From positions 1 to 39,240 of the forward strand of contig OY764332.1 in the NCBI GenBank assembly GCA_963668425.1: a DNA stretch of 39,240 nucleotides. Direction: 5' to 3'. Positions 25,805-33,572 of this stretch are shown piece after piece (position 1 is the stretch's first letter; every line of letters begins with the position of its first letter). The DNA comes from Minisyncoccota bacterium. GTDB taxonomy: Bacteria > Patescibacteriota > Minisyncoccia > Phycocordibacterales > JABAAK01. The translations under genes were made by a program, and so were the position numbers. Below the pieces are notes generated by a model. The model was not told the origin of the DNA. It saw only the letters and a list, made by a program, of their open reading frames with translations, and ran no database searches.

Positions 25805-26047
25805 CTATTTTGGTGCCGCTACCTGTTCAACAGTATTCTTTTCTCCGGTATCATCTCCCTGCTTGGATCGTACTCTTTTTTCTGCTTTCTGCGTACTATC
25901 TAACACTTTTCGCCCCCGATACATACCTGTTAATCGGCTTGCTCGATGCCTCATCCGCACTGTTCCGTCCTCATCAGTAGTGTGGGCGGTCGCTGATATA
26001 CTATGATGTGAACGTCGATTATTCCGTTTGCTTTTTGTGACTCGCAT
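25805..26047 (-). CDS. rpmF: 50S ribosomal protein L32 (Cys-free) with a charged C-terminal extension
   Basis: Trimmed to MRVTKSKRNNRRSHHSI... (the L32 N-terminal KxxKSxRxxRRSH pattern) ...YRGRKVL. No CxxC pairs are present. The tail reads DSTQKAEKRVRSKQGDDTGEKNTVEQVAAPK. Confidence 0.7.
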   Translation of the reverse strand: MRVTKSKRNNRRSHHSISATAHTTDEDGTVRMRHRASRLTGMYRGRKVLDSTQKAEKRVRSKQGDDTGEKNTVEQVAAPK

Positions 26048-26107
26048 TCTATTCATTACTTTGCAGTGTACCATATATGCACCTCACCTGCCAATCCTGT
26101 GCCTGCG

Positions 26108-27067
26108 CTATACTTCATTCGGAGCTTTCCCACCATGCAATACTGCTATAATATTTTCTGCTACCATTTTCGCCATTTTCGCTCGAGTTGTAATGCTTGC
26201 AGATGCAATATGTGGTGTTAAAACAACGTTTGGCAGATTTCTAAGAGCGGCGGGTACGTCTGGTTCATTTTCAAATACATCAAGACCGGCACCGAATATT
26301 TTTTGCTTTTGTAGTGTGGTGATCAATGCTTTCTCATCAATTACCGCTCCTCGTGAGGTGTTTACTAATATTGCGTTTGACTGCATCATGGACAATGTAT
26401 GTGCGTTAATATAATGATAGGTCATATCATTTAGTGGTAAATGTACTGATACAACTTCTGACTTTCGTAAAACCTCTTCAGGGCTGCCACATTGTTCAGC
26501 ACCTGTTTTTTCCTCTAACATTTTATTTTTTTGTACATCGTGATATATAATTTCCATGCCAAGTGCCTTTCCTATTTCTGCAACCCGAGAACCAATGCGC
26601 CCCGCACCAATAACCCCAAGTGTTTTTCCCGACAAATCAATGCCGAGTAACAATTTTGGCTTCCAACCAGTAAATCTTTTTGCTCGTACGAATGCATCTG
26701 CCTCTACAATTCGTGTTGCCACTGCAAAAATAAGTGCAAATGTATGCTCTGCGACAGTTTCAGTTAATACCCCTGGTGTGTTTGTGATGGTGATTCCACG
26801 CTCTTTTGCTTTTTGCACATCTATGTTATTGAACCCGACTGCATAATTTGCTATCACCTTCATTTGAGTGCCGACTGCATCCAAAACCTCCTCATCAATG
26901 GTATCAGTCAATAGTGTAATCATCCCATCGTATGCTTCTTTTTTTAGTGCCGCAATAAGTGTACTTTTTCGAACTGTCTTTTTTTTGAGGACGTGCATCT
27001 CAATAGCATGTTCACGTAGCAATGCCAGTCCTTCATCAGGAATATCCTGCGAGATAAGGATTTTCAT
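26108..27067 (-). CDS. D-isomer-specific 2-hydroxyacid dehydrogenase (glyoxylate/hydroxypyruvate reductase-like)
   Basis: Trimmed to MKILISQDIP... The NAD-binding motif is GKTLGVIGAGRIGSRVA. Also LINTSRGAVID, and catalytic LDVFENEP with TPHIASA. Confidence 0.85.
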   Translation of the reverse strand: MKILISQDIPDEGLALLREHAIEMHVLKKKTVRKSTLIAALKKEAYDGMITLLTDTIDEEVLDAVGTQMKVIANYAVGFNNIDVQKAKERGITITNTPGVLTETVAEHTFALIFAVATRIVEADAFVRAKRFTGWKPKLLLGIDLSGKTLGVIGAGRIGSRVAEIGKALGMEIIYHDVQKNKMLEEKTGAEQCGSPEEVLRKSEVVSVHLPLNDMTYHYINAHTLSMMQSNAILVNTSRGAVIDEKALITTLQKQKIFGAGLDVFENEPDVPAALRNLPNVVLTPHIASASITTRAKMAKMVAENIIAVLHGGKAPNEV

Positions 27068-27076
27068 ACTTTTTAT

Positions 27077-27085
27077 AGTATACCA
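27077..27085 (-). promoter_or_regulatory. extended -10 TGGTATACT 9 nt upstream of the dehydrogenase ATG (leaderless-type arrangement)
   Basis: Reverse complement of 27065-27086 reads C TGGTATACT ATAAAAAGT ATG. Confidence 0.4.
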
Positions 27086-27093
27086 GTAAAGTA

Positions 27094-27102
27094 TGCTATA
27101 CT
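27094..27102 (+). promoter_or_regulatory. extended -10 TGCTATACT upstream of ORF 27175..27603
   Basis: tgctatact at 27094-27102. AGGAGG SD at 27161-27166, 8 nt before the ATG. Confidence 0.35.
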
Positions 27103-27174
27103 TGTTAGAGAGTAGAAAATATTGAGATCTATCGAAATTAAGTTCAAATTTCTTACAAAGAGGAGGTTTTTGTA

Positions 27175-27603
27175 ATGGGATGTGGTGAAAATCCTGCAAA
27201 TCATGATGAACAACGACCTTTTATGTATTTTAAGGTTGAAAGTGCTACTGCAGGCAAACATTTTAATTGGGATCCTGAAAAGATTAGAGTGACAAAAATT
27301 TCTGAGACAGGTGGTGTATCTCTAAGTAGTAGTTCAAGATCTGATGCTTCTTCTGCCTACATACGAGGTGGAAAGTGTTTAGTGATCTCTGAGAATGCTT
27401 TATTCTATTATTCCTATGATGAGGAAGAAGAGAGTGTTGGAATCCAGCATATTAAAGATCCTAACAGTGCTCAACTATCTATTTTAAAAGCAGTAAAGGA
27501 AGAATGTTTTTCTGAAATGATGAGGAGTGTTAGAGAGGGTCAAGGTACGCCTAGTTTCAAAAAAATTGAAAATTTGATTCAACAGAATCAAAATTCTCAA
27601 TAA
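27175..27603 (+). CDS. hypothetical protein (142 aa) beginning with a lipobox remnant MGCGENP but lacking a signal peptide
   Basis: It has a strong AGGAGG SD and its own terminator. An in-frame stop at 27139 excludes a longer N-terminus. It contains Ser-rich and Glu-rich patches. Confidence 0.55.
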   Translation: MGCGENPANHDEQRPFMYFKVESATAGKHFNWDPEKIRVTKISETGGVSLSSSSRSDASSAYIRGGKCLVISENALFYYSYDEEEESVGIQHIKDPNSAQLSILKAVKEECFSEMMRSVREGQGTPSFKKIENLIQQNQNSQ

Positions 27604-27626
27604 TCCCCATAGATATGTAGTAAAAA

Positions 27627-27657
27627 GCAGTATCAAATTTCATGATGCTGCTTTTTT
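27627..27657 (+). terminator. intrinsic terminator after ORF 27175..27603
   Basis: gcagtatca-aatttca-tgatgctgc (9-bp stem with one G-U pair) followed by tttttt. Confidence 0.65.
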
Positions 27658-27751
27658 AGTGCCGCTGCAATAAGTGTGCTCTTAGCAATGCCAGTCCTTC
27701 ATCAGGAATATCCTGCGAGATAAGGATTTTCATACTTTTTGTAGTATACCA
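27641..27751 (-). pseudogene. duplicated, internally deleted 5' fragment (promoter plus first codons) of the 2-hydroxyacid dehydrogenase gene
   Basis: 27683-27751 matches 27017-27085 with one mismatch. 27654-27680 matches 26941-26964 with a 3-nt insertion and one substitution. The 52 nt at 26965-27016 are missing, which shifts the frame. The result is MKILISQDIPDEGLALLRAHLLQRH followed by a stop. Confidence 0.8.
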
Positions 27752-27778
27752 AGAAAAATGGATATATTCTTGTTATTC

Positions 27779-27787
27779 TGGCATAAT
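27779..27787 (+). promoter_or_regulatory. extended -10 TGGCATAAT upstream of 27809..28615
   Basis: tggcataat at 27779-27787. GGAGGTG SD at 27795-27801. Confidence 0.4.
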
Positions 27788-27808
27788 AGTGCATGGAGGT
27801 GAAGATTG

Positions 27809-28615
27809 ATGAAATGTGTAATTGCATGTTTTCTCTTTGTTTTATTTACGTTAGTTCAGCAAGATGCCTTTTCTCGGAACGTTTCTGTGACTGGGGAAAA
27901 AATGGCTGCATCTAAAGAGATTCTTTCAGAGCATACCTCTGTTCAGAAGTTTTTCCAGTCCTTGAATGTAGAGGAAGCCCGATTCCTTAATTCTGTTTTG
28001 AAGGAAAATTATTCTGTAGGGTATTACTCAGAATTATTAAGATTCTCTGACGACACTCATTATACTGAGGTGAGTACATGCTTGTTAGCATCTGAGGAGC
28101 ATTTACATGCTCTAAAGAGCAACAAGATATATTACTCTATTTTACGCCAGGCAAAAGGTGAGAATAAACACCACCTAATTCGGTTTATTGTTGGACGACG
28201 AGAAGCCGGAATGATTCACGGTAACTCTATTGCTCTTCGTAAATGGGTGAACGAAAGCAATCCTGCACTCAGTGTAAAGCTGAACCTAGGATATGGTTGT
28301 TACTGGGGGACGTTATTCTTTGGCGAGGTGTATACCCCACCAATTCATGGCCATCAATACTATTTAGAAGCAAAAGATGTGTTCCCTCCTTATGTTCACT
28401 ATGTTCATAAGGCAGCTCCAAAACCAGCACGGTCTTCAAAGTCAAGGTTGCGAAAATTTGACTTGAGCCAAGTTGGCGCTGAAGAGATCAGCAAAATATC
28501 TTTTGTTGTCTTGCTTGCTTTGCTTGCAGTGGCAGCGACTGTCTCACTCATTGGTGCCTATTGTTTTCCACAGGTATTCGTATTCAGAAGAATGCGGATG
28601 TTGCTTGAGCACTAA
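27809..28615 (+). CDS. hypothetical bitopic membrane protein, paralog A (signal peptide plus C-terminal TM anchor)
   Basis: ATG at 27809 (the track starts at TTG 27806). The N-terminus is MKCVIACFLFVLFTLVQQDA and the C-terminus is ISFVVLLALLAVAATVSLIGAYCFPQVFVFRRMRMLLEH. It shares YSVGYY, YYSILRQAKG and the anchor with 28801..29430. Confidence 0.65.
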   Translation: MKCVIACFLFVLFTLVQQDAFSRNVSVTGEKMAASKEILSEHTSVQKFFQSLNVEEARFLNSVLKENYSVGYYSELLRFSDDTHYTEVSTCLLASEEHLHALKSNKIYYSILRQAKGENKHHLIRFIVGRREAGMIHGNSIALRKWVNESNPALSVKLNLGYGCYWGTLFFGEVYTPPIHGHQYYLEAKDVFPPYVHYVHKAAPKPARSSKSRLRKFDLSQVGAEEISKISFVVLLALLAVAATVSLIGAYCFPQVFVFRRMRMLLEH

Positions 28616-28621
28616 AACATC

Positions 28622-28661
28622 AAAGACCTTATTTACTACTAGTAGTAAATAAGGTCTTTTT
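28622..28661 (+). terminator. intrinsic terminator after paralog A
   Basis: The perfect palindrome aaagaccttatttactact|agtagtaaataaggtcttt ends in a T run. Confidence 0.75.
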
Positions 28662-28740
28662 GTGTGAAGTTGCTAAATATGTATGCTATTATATTATCAG
28701 ATTATTCAAATTTGTCAAAATAGAAAAAAGTTTATTTTTT

Positions 28741-28749
28741 TGGTATAAT
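28741..28749 (+). promoter_or_regulatory. extended -10 TGGTATAAT upstream of paralog B
   Basis: tggtataat is an exact TGnTATAAT consensus. GGAGGTG SD at 28787-28793. Confidence 0.5.
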
Positions 28750-28800
28750 GAGAATAATGTAAAGTGGTGCCCACTTGATTAGAGATGGAGGTGTACTGAC

Positions 28801-29430
28801 TTGAAGTTACGGCATATAATTTTTATTGCCCTTTTATGCTTTTTCGCCCTTTGGCTTTTGTTTATGAATGAGGCAACAGGAACGTTGCCACTTGAACATC
28901 AACATAAACTGACAGAAAAGCTCTTTCGTGAAATGAGCAGAAAAGAAAGGGTATATTTGTATGATCTCCTTGCGGAGAGCTACGCTGTTGGGTATTACGA
29001 TGTTCTGAATGCTTTTTCTCATGCGACTGAAGTTACCCACCTTAAAACAAAAGCGAGAGAGAACTTGTACAAACTAAGGATAGATAGCACATACTATTCT
29101 ATTTTGCAGAAAGCAGGTGGCAAACGTCACTTGGAGCAATATATTGCTCAGTGGTCTCAGCAAGGCAAAGCAGACGCGCATGCACGAAATCTTATCAAAG
29201 ATAAACGTGCATTGAGACCGAAGGATGTCTTTTATAGCACCAAAGAAAAAAGCGCTCCTTTCGTTTTTGATCTTGCAAGAAACGCTCTTGCCGCTGATAA
29301 TCTGGGTAAGATATTTCTTGTTTCCTTGCTTTCTTTTATTGCGATACTAGCAATCACTGGACTTATCGGTGCTTGTTGCTATCCTAACATATCAGTGTTC
29401 AGGAAAGTACGATCTTTCCTTGAATCCTAA
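28801..29430 (+). CDS. hypothetical bitopic membrane protein, paralog B
   Basis: TTG start 9 nt after GGAGG, the same spacing as in paralog A. The N-terminal hydrophobic segment is IIFIALLCFFALWLLF. It has YAVGYY and YYSILQKAGG. The C-terminal anchor is IFLVSLLSFIAILAITGLIGACCYPNISVFRKVRSFLES. Confidence 0.6.
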   Translation: MKLRHIIFIALLCFFALWLLFMNEATGTLPLEHQHKLTEKLFREMSRKERVYLYDLLAESYAVGYYDVLNAFSHATEVTHLKTKARENLYKLRIDSTYYSILQKAGGKRHLEQYIAQWSQQGKADAHARNLIKDKRALRPKDVFYSTKEKSAPFVFDLARNALAADNLGKIFLVSLLSFIAILAITGLIGACCYPNISVFRKVRSFLES

Positions 29431-29437
29431 AAATGAC

Positions 29438-29467
29438 AAGACCCATCTACCTTGGTAGATGGGTCTT
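29438..29467 (+). terminator. hairpin after paralog B (attenuating or terminating before the DsbB-like gene)
   Basis: aagacccatctacc-tt-ggtagatgggtctt forms a 14-bp perfect inverted repeat, followed by atttct (a weak U-tract). Confidence 0.5.
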
Positions 29468-29474
29468 ATTTCTA

Positions 29475-29483
29475 TGTTATATA
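29475..29483 (+). promoter_or_regulatory. extended -10 TGTTATATA 9 nt upstream of the DsbB-like ATG (leaderless-type arrangement)
   Basis: tgttatata at 29475-29483, then tgttatatt, then ATG at 29493. Confidence 0.35.
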
Positions 29484-29492
29484 TGTTATATT

Positions 29493-30056
29493 ATGGGTAT
29501 GGATGTGTTTCTCTATTCAAAAATATTAGCACTGTTTACTGTAGGCGCACATTTCTTTTTGGCTTGTTTTTTTATTTTGTATTATATTAAGATTCCACTT
29601 GTTCAAAAGGTCATTGCTCGCATCAAGCATTTTTTGCATCGTAATGGATTATTTTGTGCCTTTGGTGTTGCAGTCCTGTCAACGGTCTGTCCGCTTGTCT
29701 ATGCTTATGTATATCACCTCTTTCCTTGCACTCTTTGCTGGTATCAAAGAATTTTTATGTTTCCGCTCGTTATTATATTGTTCCTTATGATCAAACGAAA
29801 AGAGTATCATAATAAAATATATGTCTATGCACTCAGTGTAATTGGGTTAGGAATTGGTGTGTATCACTATTTTAGTCAACGACTATACTCCATTATTACC
29901 CCTGGCTGTGATGCAGTTGGCATGGCAAAATCCTGCTCTGAATACTATTTCATAGAATTCGGCTATATTACCATTCCTCTTATGGCAATGACTGGGTTTA
30001 TACTTATTATCTTCTTCACGCATTTTGCGCAAAAACAAAAAACCTTGCGCCAGTAG
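29493..30056 (+). CDS. disulfide bond formation protein, DsbB/BdbC family
   Basis: The start was trimmed because the first 20 codons of the track ORF cover the terminator hairpin. FPCTLCWYQRIFMFPL (the CxxC..QR motif of BdbC), a second Cys pair PGCDAVGMAKSC, and FGYITIPLMAMTGFILII resemble B. subtilis BdbC. There is one extra N-terminal TM. Confidence 0.75.
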   Translation: MGMDVFLYSKILALFTVGAHFFLACFFILYYIKIPLVQKVIARIKHFLHRNGLFCAFGVAVLSTVCPLVYAYVYHLFPCTLCWYQRIFMFPLVIILFLMIKRKEYHNKIYVYALSVIGLGIGVYHYFSQRLYSIITPGCDAVGMAKSCSEYYFIEFGYITIPLMAMTGFILIIFFTHFAQKQKTLRQ

Positions 30057-30137
30057 TTCTACATTATTGTGGCATCTCAAATTGATTTAGCTCTGGCTGA
30101 TCTTGTTTCTGGTTTTGATATTCTTCGGCAGGCACCA

Positions 30138-31349
30138 TTACATGTCAGAGGTTTTTTCTTTAATACGCAACTTATTTTGATGAGCACTTGTAAGTACATT
30201 GGTTGCAAAATCGTTGTGTATTTCCTGGCTTTCCTGCCAGCGGTGCATGCCGTTTTTGAGCATCATCTCTAGTACCACATTAGTATCTATGCTGGATTTT
30301 TTCCAGAGATGGTGGTACAGTGTGCCCGGCAGTGTATTTATCTCGTTTGCAAATAATTCTTTTGTTTCTTTGTTTAGGAGAAAATCAATACGCATTGTGC
30401 CGTTTGCCTCTAATGCTGTAAACAGTTTTTTGCTAATGTCTTTAATCTGTGCCGTGTTTTCTTTTGAAATGTTTGCTGGAATAACTAGGTTTGATTCTGC
30501 GTTACCAGTTTGTGCACCACCATCCTCAAGGTACTTTACATGGTAATCAAATAAATCTGATTTAAATAAGGACTCTTGCACTTCTGAAACTTGTATTTCC
30601 GTACCGTCGCTTACTACTGCACATGTAATATCAACGATATTTTCAACCGATTTTTCAACAATTATTTTCGGATCATAGTATAGCGCGAGGTTTAATGCAT
30701 CCTGCAATTCTTCTTTCTTTTTCACCTTTGTTATGCCGATGGAAGACCCTGATCGCGCCGGCTTAACGAAAATTGGTAGACCGAGTGTGTCCTGTATTTG
30801 CTTTTCAATTGCATTGGTATTTTTTTTGTACTCTTCTTTATATATTGTAAGAAAGTCTGTGGTTGGGATATTTAGTGCTTGTAGCATTTTCTTAGTCAAT
30901 ACTTTGTCAACTGCTATTGCCGAGGCATATATACCACACCCCGCATACGGCACTTGAAAAAATTCTGCTAATCCCTGCACTGTTCCATCTTCTCCGTACA
31001 GTCCGTGAAATGCAGGAAAAATATATTCTATATCTATCTTTTCAATACTAAAAACTCCTTTTTGTTGTAGTGCTAACTTACATTTTGATCGTCCAAGGTT
31101 GAGGTAATATTCTGGTAAATTTTTCAACTCCTTTGTGTATTCTTCCTTAAAAAATGCTAATTTTGTTATTTTTTCGTCACTATACCACGCTCCGTCTCTA
31201 TCAACATACACCGCTATTACGGTGAGTCCCATTTTTTTCATTTCAGCAATAATAAACTCACCAGTGATAATAGAGATTTCGTGTTCAGGACTTTGCCCAC
31301 CGAAAAAAACACCAATGGTTTTATCTTGTACTTCTTCTAATGTGTTCAT
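30138..31349 (-). CDS. ddl: D-alanine--D-alanine ligase (long form)
   Basis: IGVFFGGQSPEHEISIITG, FPAFHGLYGEDGTVQG, the ATP-grasp segment PIFVKPARSGSSIGI and the NEINTLPG motif. Confidence 0.85.
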   Translation of the reverse strand: MNTLEEVQDKTIGVFFGGQSPEHEISIITGEFIIAEMKKMGLTVIAVYVDRDGAWYSDEKITKLAFFKEEYTKELKNLPEYYLNLGRSKCKLALQQKGVFSIEKIDIEYIFPAFHGLYGEDGTVQGLAEFFQVPYAGCGIYASAIAVDKVLTKKMLQALNIPTTDFLTIYKEEYKKNTNAIEKQIQDTLGLPIFVKPARSGSSIGITKVKKKEELQDALNLALYYDPKIIVEKSVENIVDITCAVVSDGTEIQVSEVQESLFKSDLFDYHVKYLEDGGAQTGNAESNLVIPANISKENTAQIKDISKKLFTALEANGTMRIDFLLNKETKELFANEINTLPGTLYHHLWKKSSIDTNVVLEMMLKNGMHRWQESQEIHNDFATNVLTSAHQNKLRIKEKTSDM

Positions 31350-31354
31350 ATATG

Positions 31355-32743
31355 TTATGTGTAATTATCAGTTATATCGTTTTGAAATAAAATGGTGTCC
31401 CCATCTTCTAAAACATTCGCCAAGTCATCATGCGCTTCTTGTGTGGTGTCATACACCTTGAATGCATTGTACCCTATCTTTCGTAATGCCCTTACTATAT
31501 ACTCTGTATTTTTATTTTTTACAAGTAGCAAAAGATTCACTTTTGTTGCATACTCTTTTGCCAGATCTGTGTGTACCTGTTCTGATCGTTTTGTACCGAG
31601 TTCAACAATTCCTGGTGTTAGCACCACTTTTCGCTTTTTTGCTTGCTCAAGCACTGCCAATCCTGCTAAAAAACCTTCATAATTCCCATTATAACTATCA
31701 TCAATTACAATCCTGTTTTCTGCCTCATTGCGTATGATCTCCAGTCGGTGCTTCATGTAGCTGACTTGCTCAAATCCTTTTTTTATTTCCTTCACTGACA
31801 TCCCAAGATTTTGCGCAAGCGCAAATGCCAATGCCGCCAAGTTAACAACATACCTTGCTACCAATTTTGTGGTGAAGCCCTCACCCTGATAGGTAAATGA
31901 TATACCTCTAAAATTATCAAGTGATTCTACATCTGAAATAGTTTCACTGCTTGAGACCTTTACCACACTGATAGATTGATCTACCATTGTTTGAGCGTAT
32001 CGCTTAATGTGTGTGTCGTCTATGTTCAGAAATGCCTTTTTCTTTGTTGCATTCGCTAACTCAAACTTAGTGGAAACAATATTCATAAATGAGCCAAATC
32101 GTTCTAAGTGACACTCACCAAGTGCTGTCGTTAATGAGTAATCCGGCTTAACAATCGCACATACTTTTTTAATATCTCCTTTTTTGTACGCTCCCATCTC
32201 AGCAATCAACACTTCTGCTTTTATGATTTCTTCTTTGTGCTTCAGTATGTAGTTTGCTATCCCAATATCAGTATTTATGTTTCCCGGGAAAGAAAAAGTG
32301 TTGTATTTTTCTTGAAGCACGCTTAGTAGAATGTGTTTCAAGCTGGTTTTTCCGAAGCTGCCAGTAATACCAACGGTTATTAATTTTCTCCGCTTGCCTT
32401 CTTGAATTACCCTTTTTGCCAGCAGCAAGGTATTATTTTTTTTAACAATAACCAGTGGTGCTATTAGCATGTCAGCAAATACGATTATTGCTGGCAATGA
32501 CACAAGGCAGCATAGTAGCAACAGTATTGTTGTTTGTAATCCGTACGTCAAAAAGATAATCATTGCCGGCAACATTATTACTACCAAACACACAGAGAAA
32601 ATTAATCCGATACGGTGCGTCCAATCAAGTGTCGTCCGTTTTCGTAAACTGAACCAGTTTATGTTTTTGTACGCGAATAGTAGAAATCGCTTTTTATCGT
32701 AGTGTTCTAACTGGTAGATGTAGAGTAGGTTCTGTACAATCAT
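31355..32743 (-). CDS. murF: UDP-MurNAc-tripeptide--D-alanyl-D-alanine ligase (MurF) with a hydrophobic N-terminal region
   Basis: Mur ligase P-loop VGITGSFGKTS, then GNINTDIG, AEMGA, DDSYNGN and the C-terminal domain. Residues about 40-100 form 2-3 predicted TM helices where MurF domain 1 normally lies. The start overlaps the hydrolase stop (ATGA). Confidence 0.8.
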   Translation of the reverse strand: MIVQNLLYIYQLEHYDKKRFLLFAYKNINWFSLRKRTTLDWTHRIGLIFSVCLVVIMLPAMIIFLTYGLQTTILLLLCCLVSLPAIIVFADMLIAPLVIVKKNNTLLLAKRVIQEGKRRKLITVGITGSFGKTSLKHILLSVLQEKYNTFSFPGNINTDIGIANYILKHKEEIIKAEVLIAEMGAYKKGDIKKVCAIVKPDYSLTTALGECHLERFGSFMNIVSTKFELANATKKKAFLNIDDTHIKRYAQTMVDQSISVVKVSSSETISDVESLDNFRGISFTYQGEGFTTKLVARYVVNLAALAFALAQNLGMSVKEIKKGFEQVSYMKHRLEIIRNEAENRIVIDDSYNGNYEGFLAGLAVLEQAKKRKVVLTPGIVELGTKRSEQVHTDLAKEYATKVNLLLLVKNKNTEYIVRALRKIGYNAFKVYDTTQEAHDDLANVLEDGDTILFQNDITDNYT

Positions 32744-33528
32744 ATGGTTATACTTTTTTTGAAAATGGTCTTGAATGCATCTTCGGTCTCACCAAGGAAT
32801 GGAAAATGATCTCCGTCTTCAATGCGATGCATGGTTGCACCGACTCTATGTGCAATTACTTCAGTGTCTGTGATTGGTGCGGCGACATCATCCGTACCCC
32901 AAATAAAGACAGTATTATACTTGTGAAGTGATTGTGCGAGATACTCCATATCAGCATTGATGATGTGTTGAAAGGTTTTTCGCATTACCTCATTTTTAAG
33001 ATCGGCATAGTCCTGTGCGCCGATAATATCATACCCCCACTCTTGCATCTTCTCCCTTGCTGACCTTGGTAACAGTAGCAGTATGTTTTTTGCTGTTCGT
33101 AATATTGCTTGTATGAAATTTTGTGCTCTTGTTCGCTTTCGTGTAAATGGTATTCCTATACAGATAACCTGTTGTATCCATGAGATCTTGCTTTGTTGAC
33201 TCAACATCTGTAATAGCACTCGTCCGCCAAAAGAATGCGCTATAAATACCACCTTCCTGTCGCCTACCTTTTTTTCTACAAACTCTCTCACTATTGCTGC
33301 ATATGTTGCTAATGTCCACGGCTCTTGTAGTGGTGAGCTTCCGCCAAACCCAGGAAAATCAATTGCTACTGCACAGTCAACTACTTTGAACAGTGGCTCA
33401 AAGATAGTATACTCACTCCCCCACCCATGCAAGAACACATATACTACGGATGCATCGCTACTTTGCTTTTCGCCATACCGTACCTTATACCCATTAATAA
33501 TTATTTCCTTTTCAACCATACTCTTCAT
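32740..33528 (-). CDS. alpha/beta-fold hydrolase
   Basis: VVYVFLHGWGS, nucleophile elbow AHSFGG, and a C-terminal D...H (EDGDHFPF). Confidence 0.75.
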   Translation of the reverse strand: MKSMVEKEIIINGYKVRYGEKQSSDASVVYVFLHGWGSEYTIFEPLFKVVDCAVAIDFPGFGGSSPLQEPWTLATYAAIVREFVEKKVGDRKVVFIAHSFGGRVLLQMLSQQSKISWIQQVICIGIPFTRKRTRAQNFIQAILRTAKNILLLLPRSAREKMQEWGYDIIGAQDYADLKNEVMRKTFQHIINADMEYLAQSLHKYNTVFIWGTDDVAAPITDTEVIAHRVGATMHRIEDGDHFPFLGETEDAFKTIFKKSITI

Positions 33529-33572
33529 CTCTCATAATAGTATCCTTTTTTACTACAGTCAATTTTACACAT

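Noticed and set aside
27068-27199. N-terminal 44 codons of track ORF 26108..27199
   Set aside because: Dehydrogenase homology starts at MKILISQD (27067). The extension would cover the divergent promoter and SD of ORF 27175.
29433-29492. First 20 codons of track ORF 29433..30056
   Set aside because: They coincide with the 14-bp terminator hairpin of the upstream gene. The Met at 29493 gives a normal DsbB-family N-terminus.
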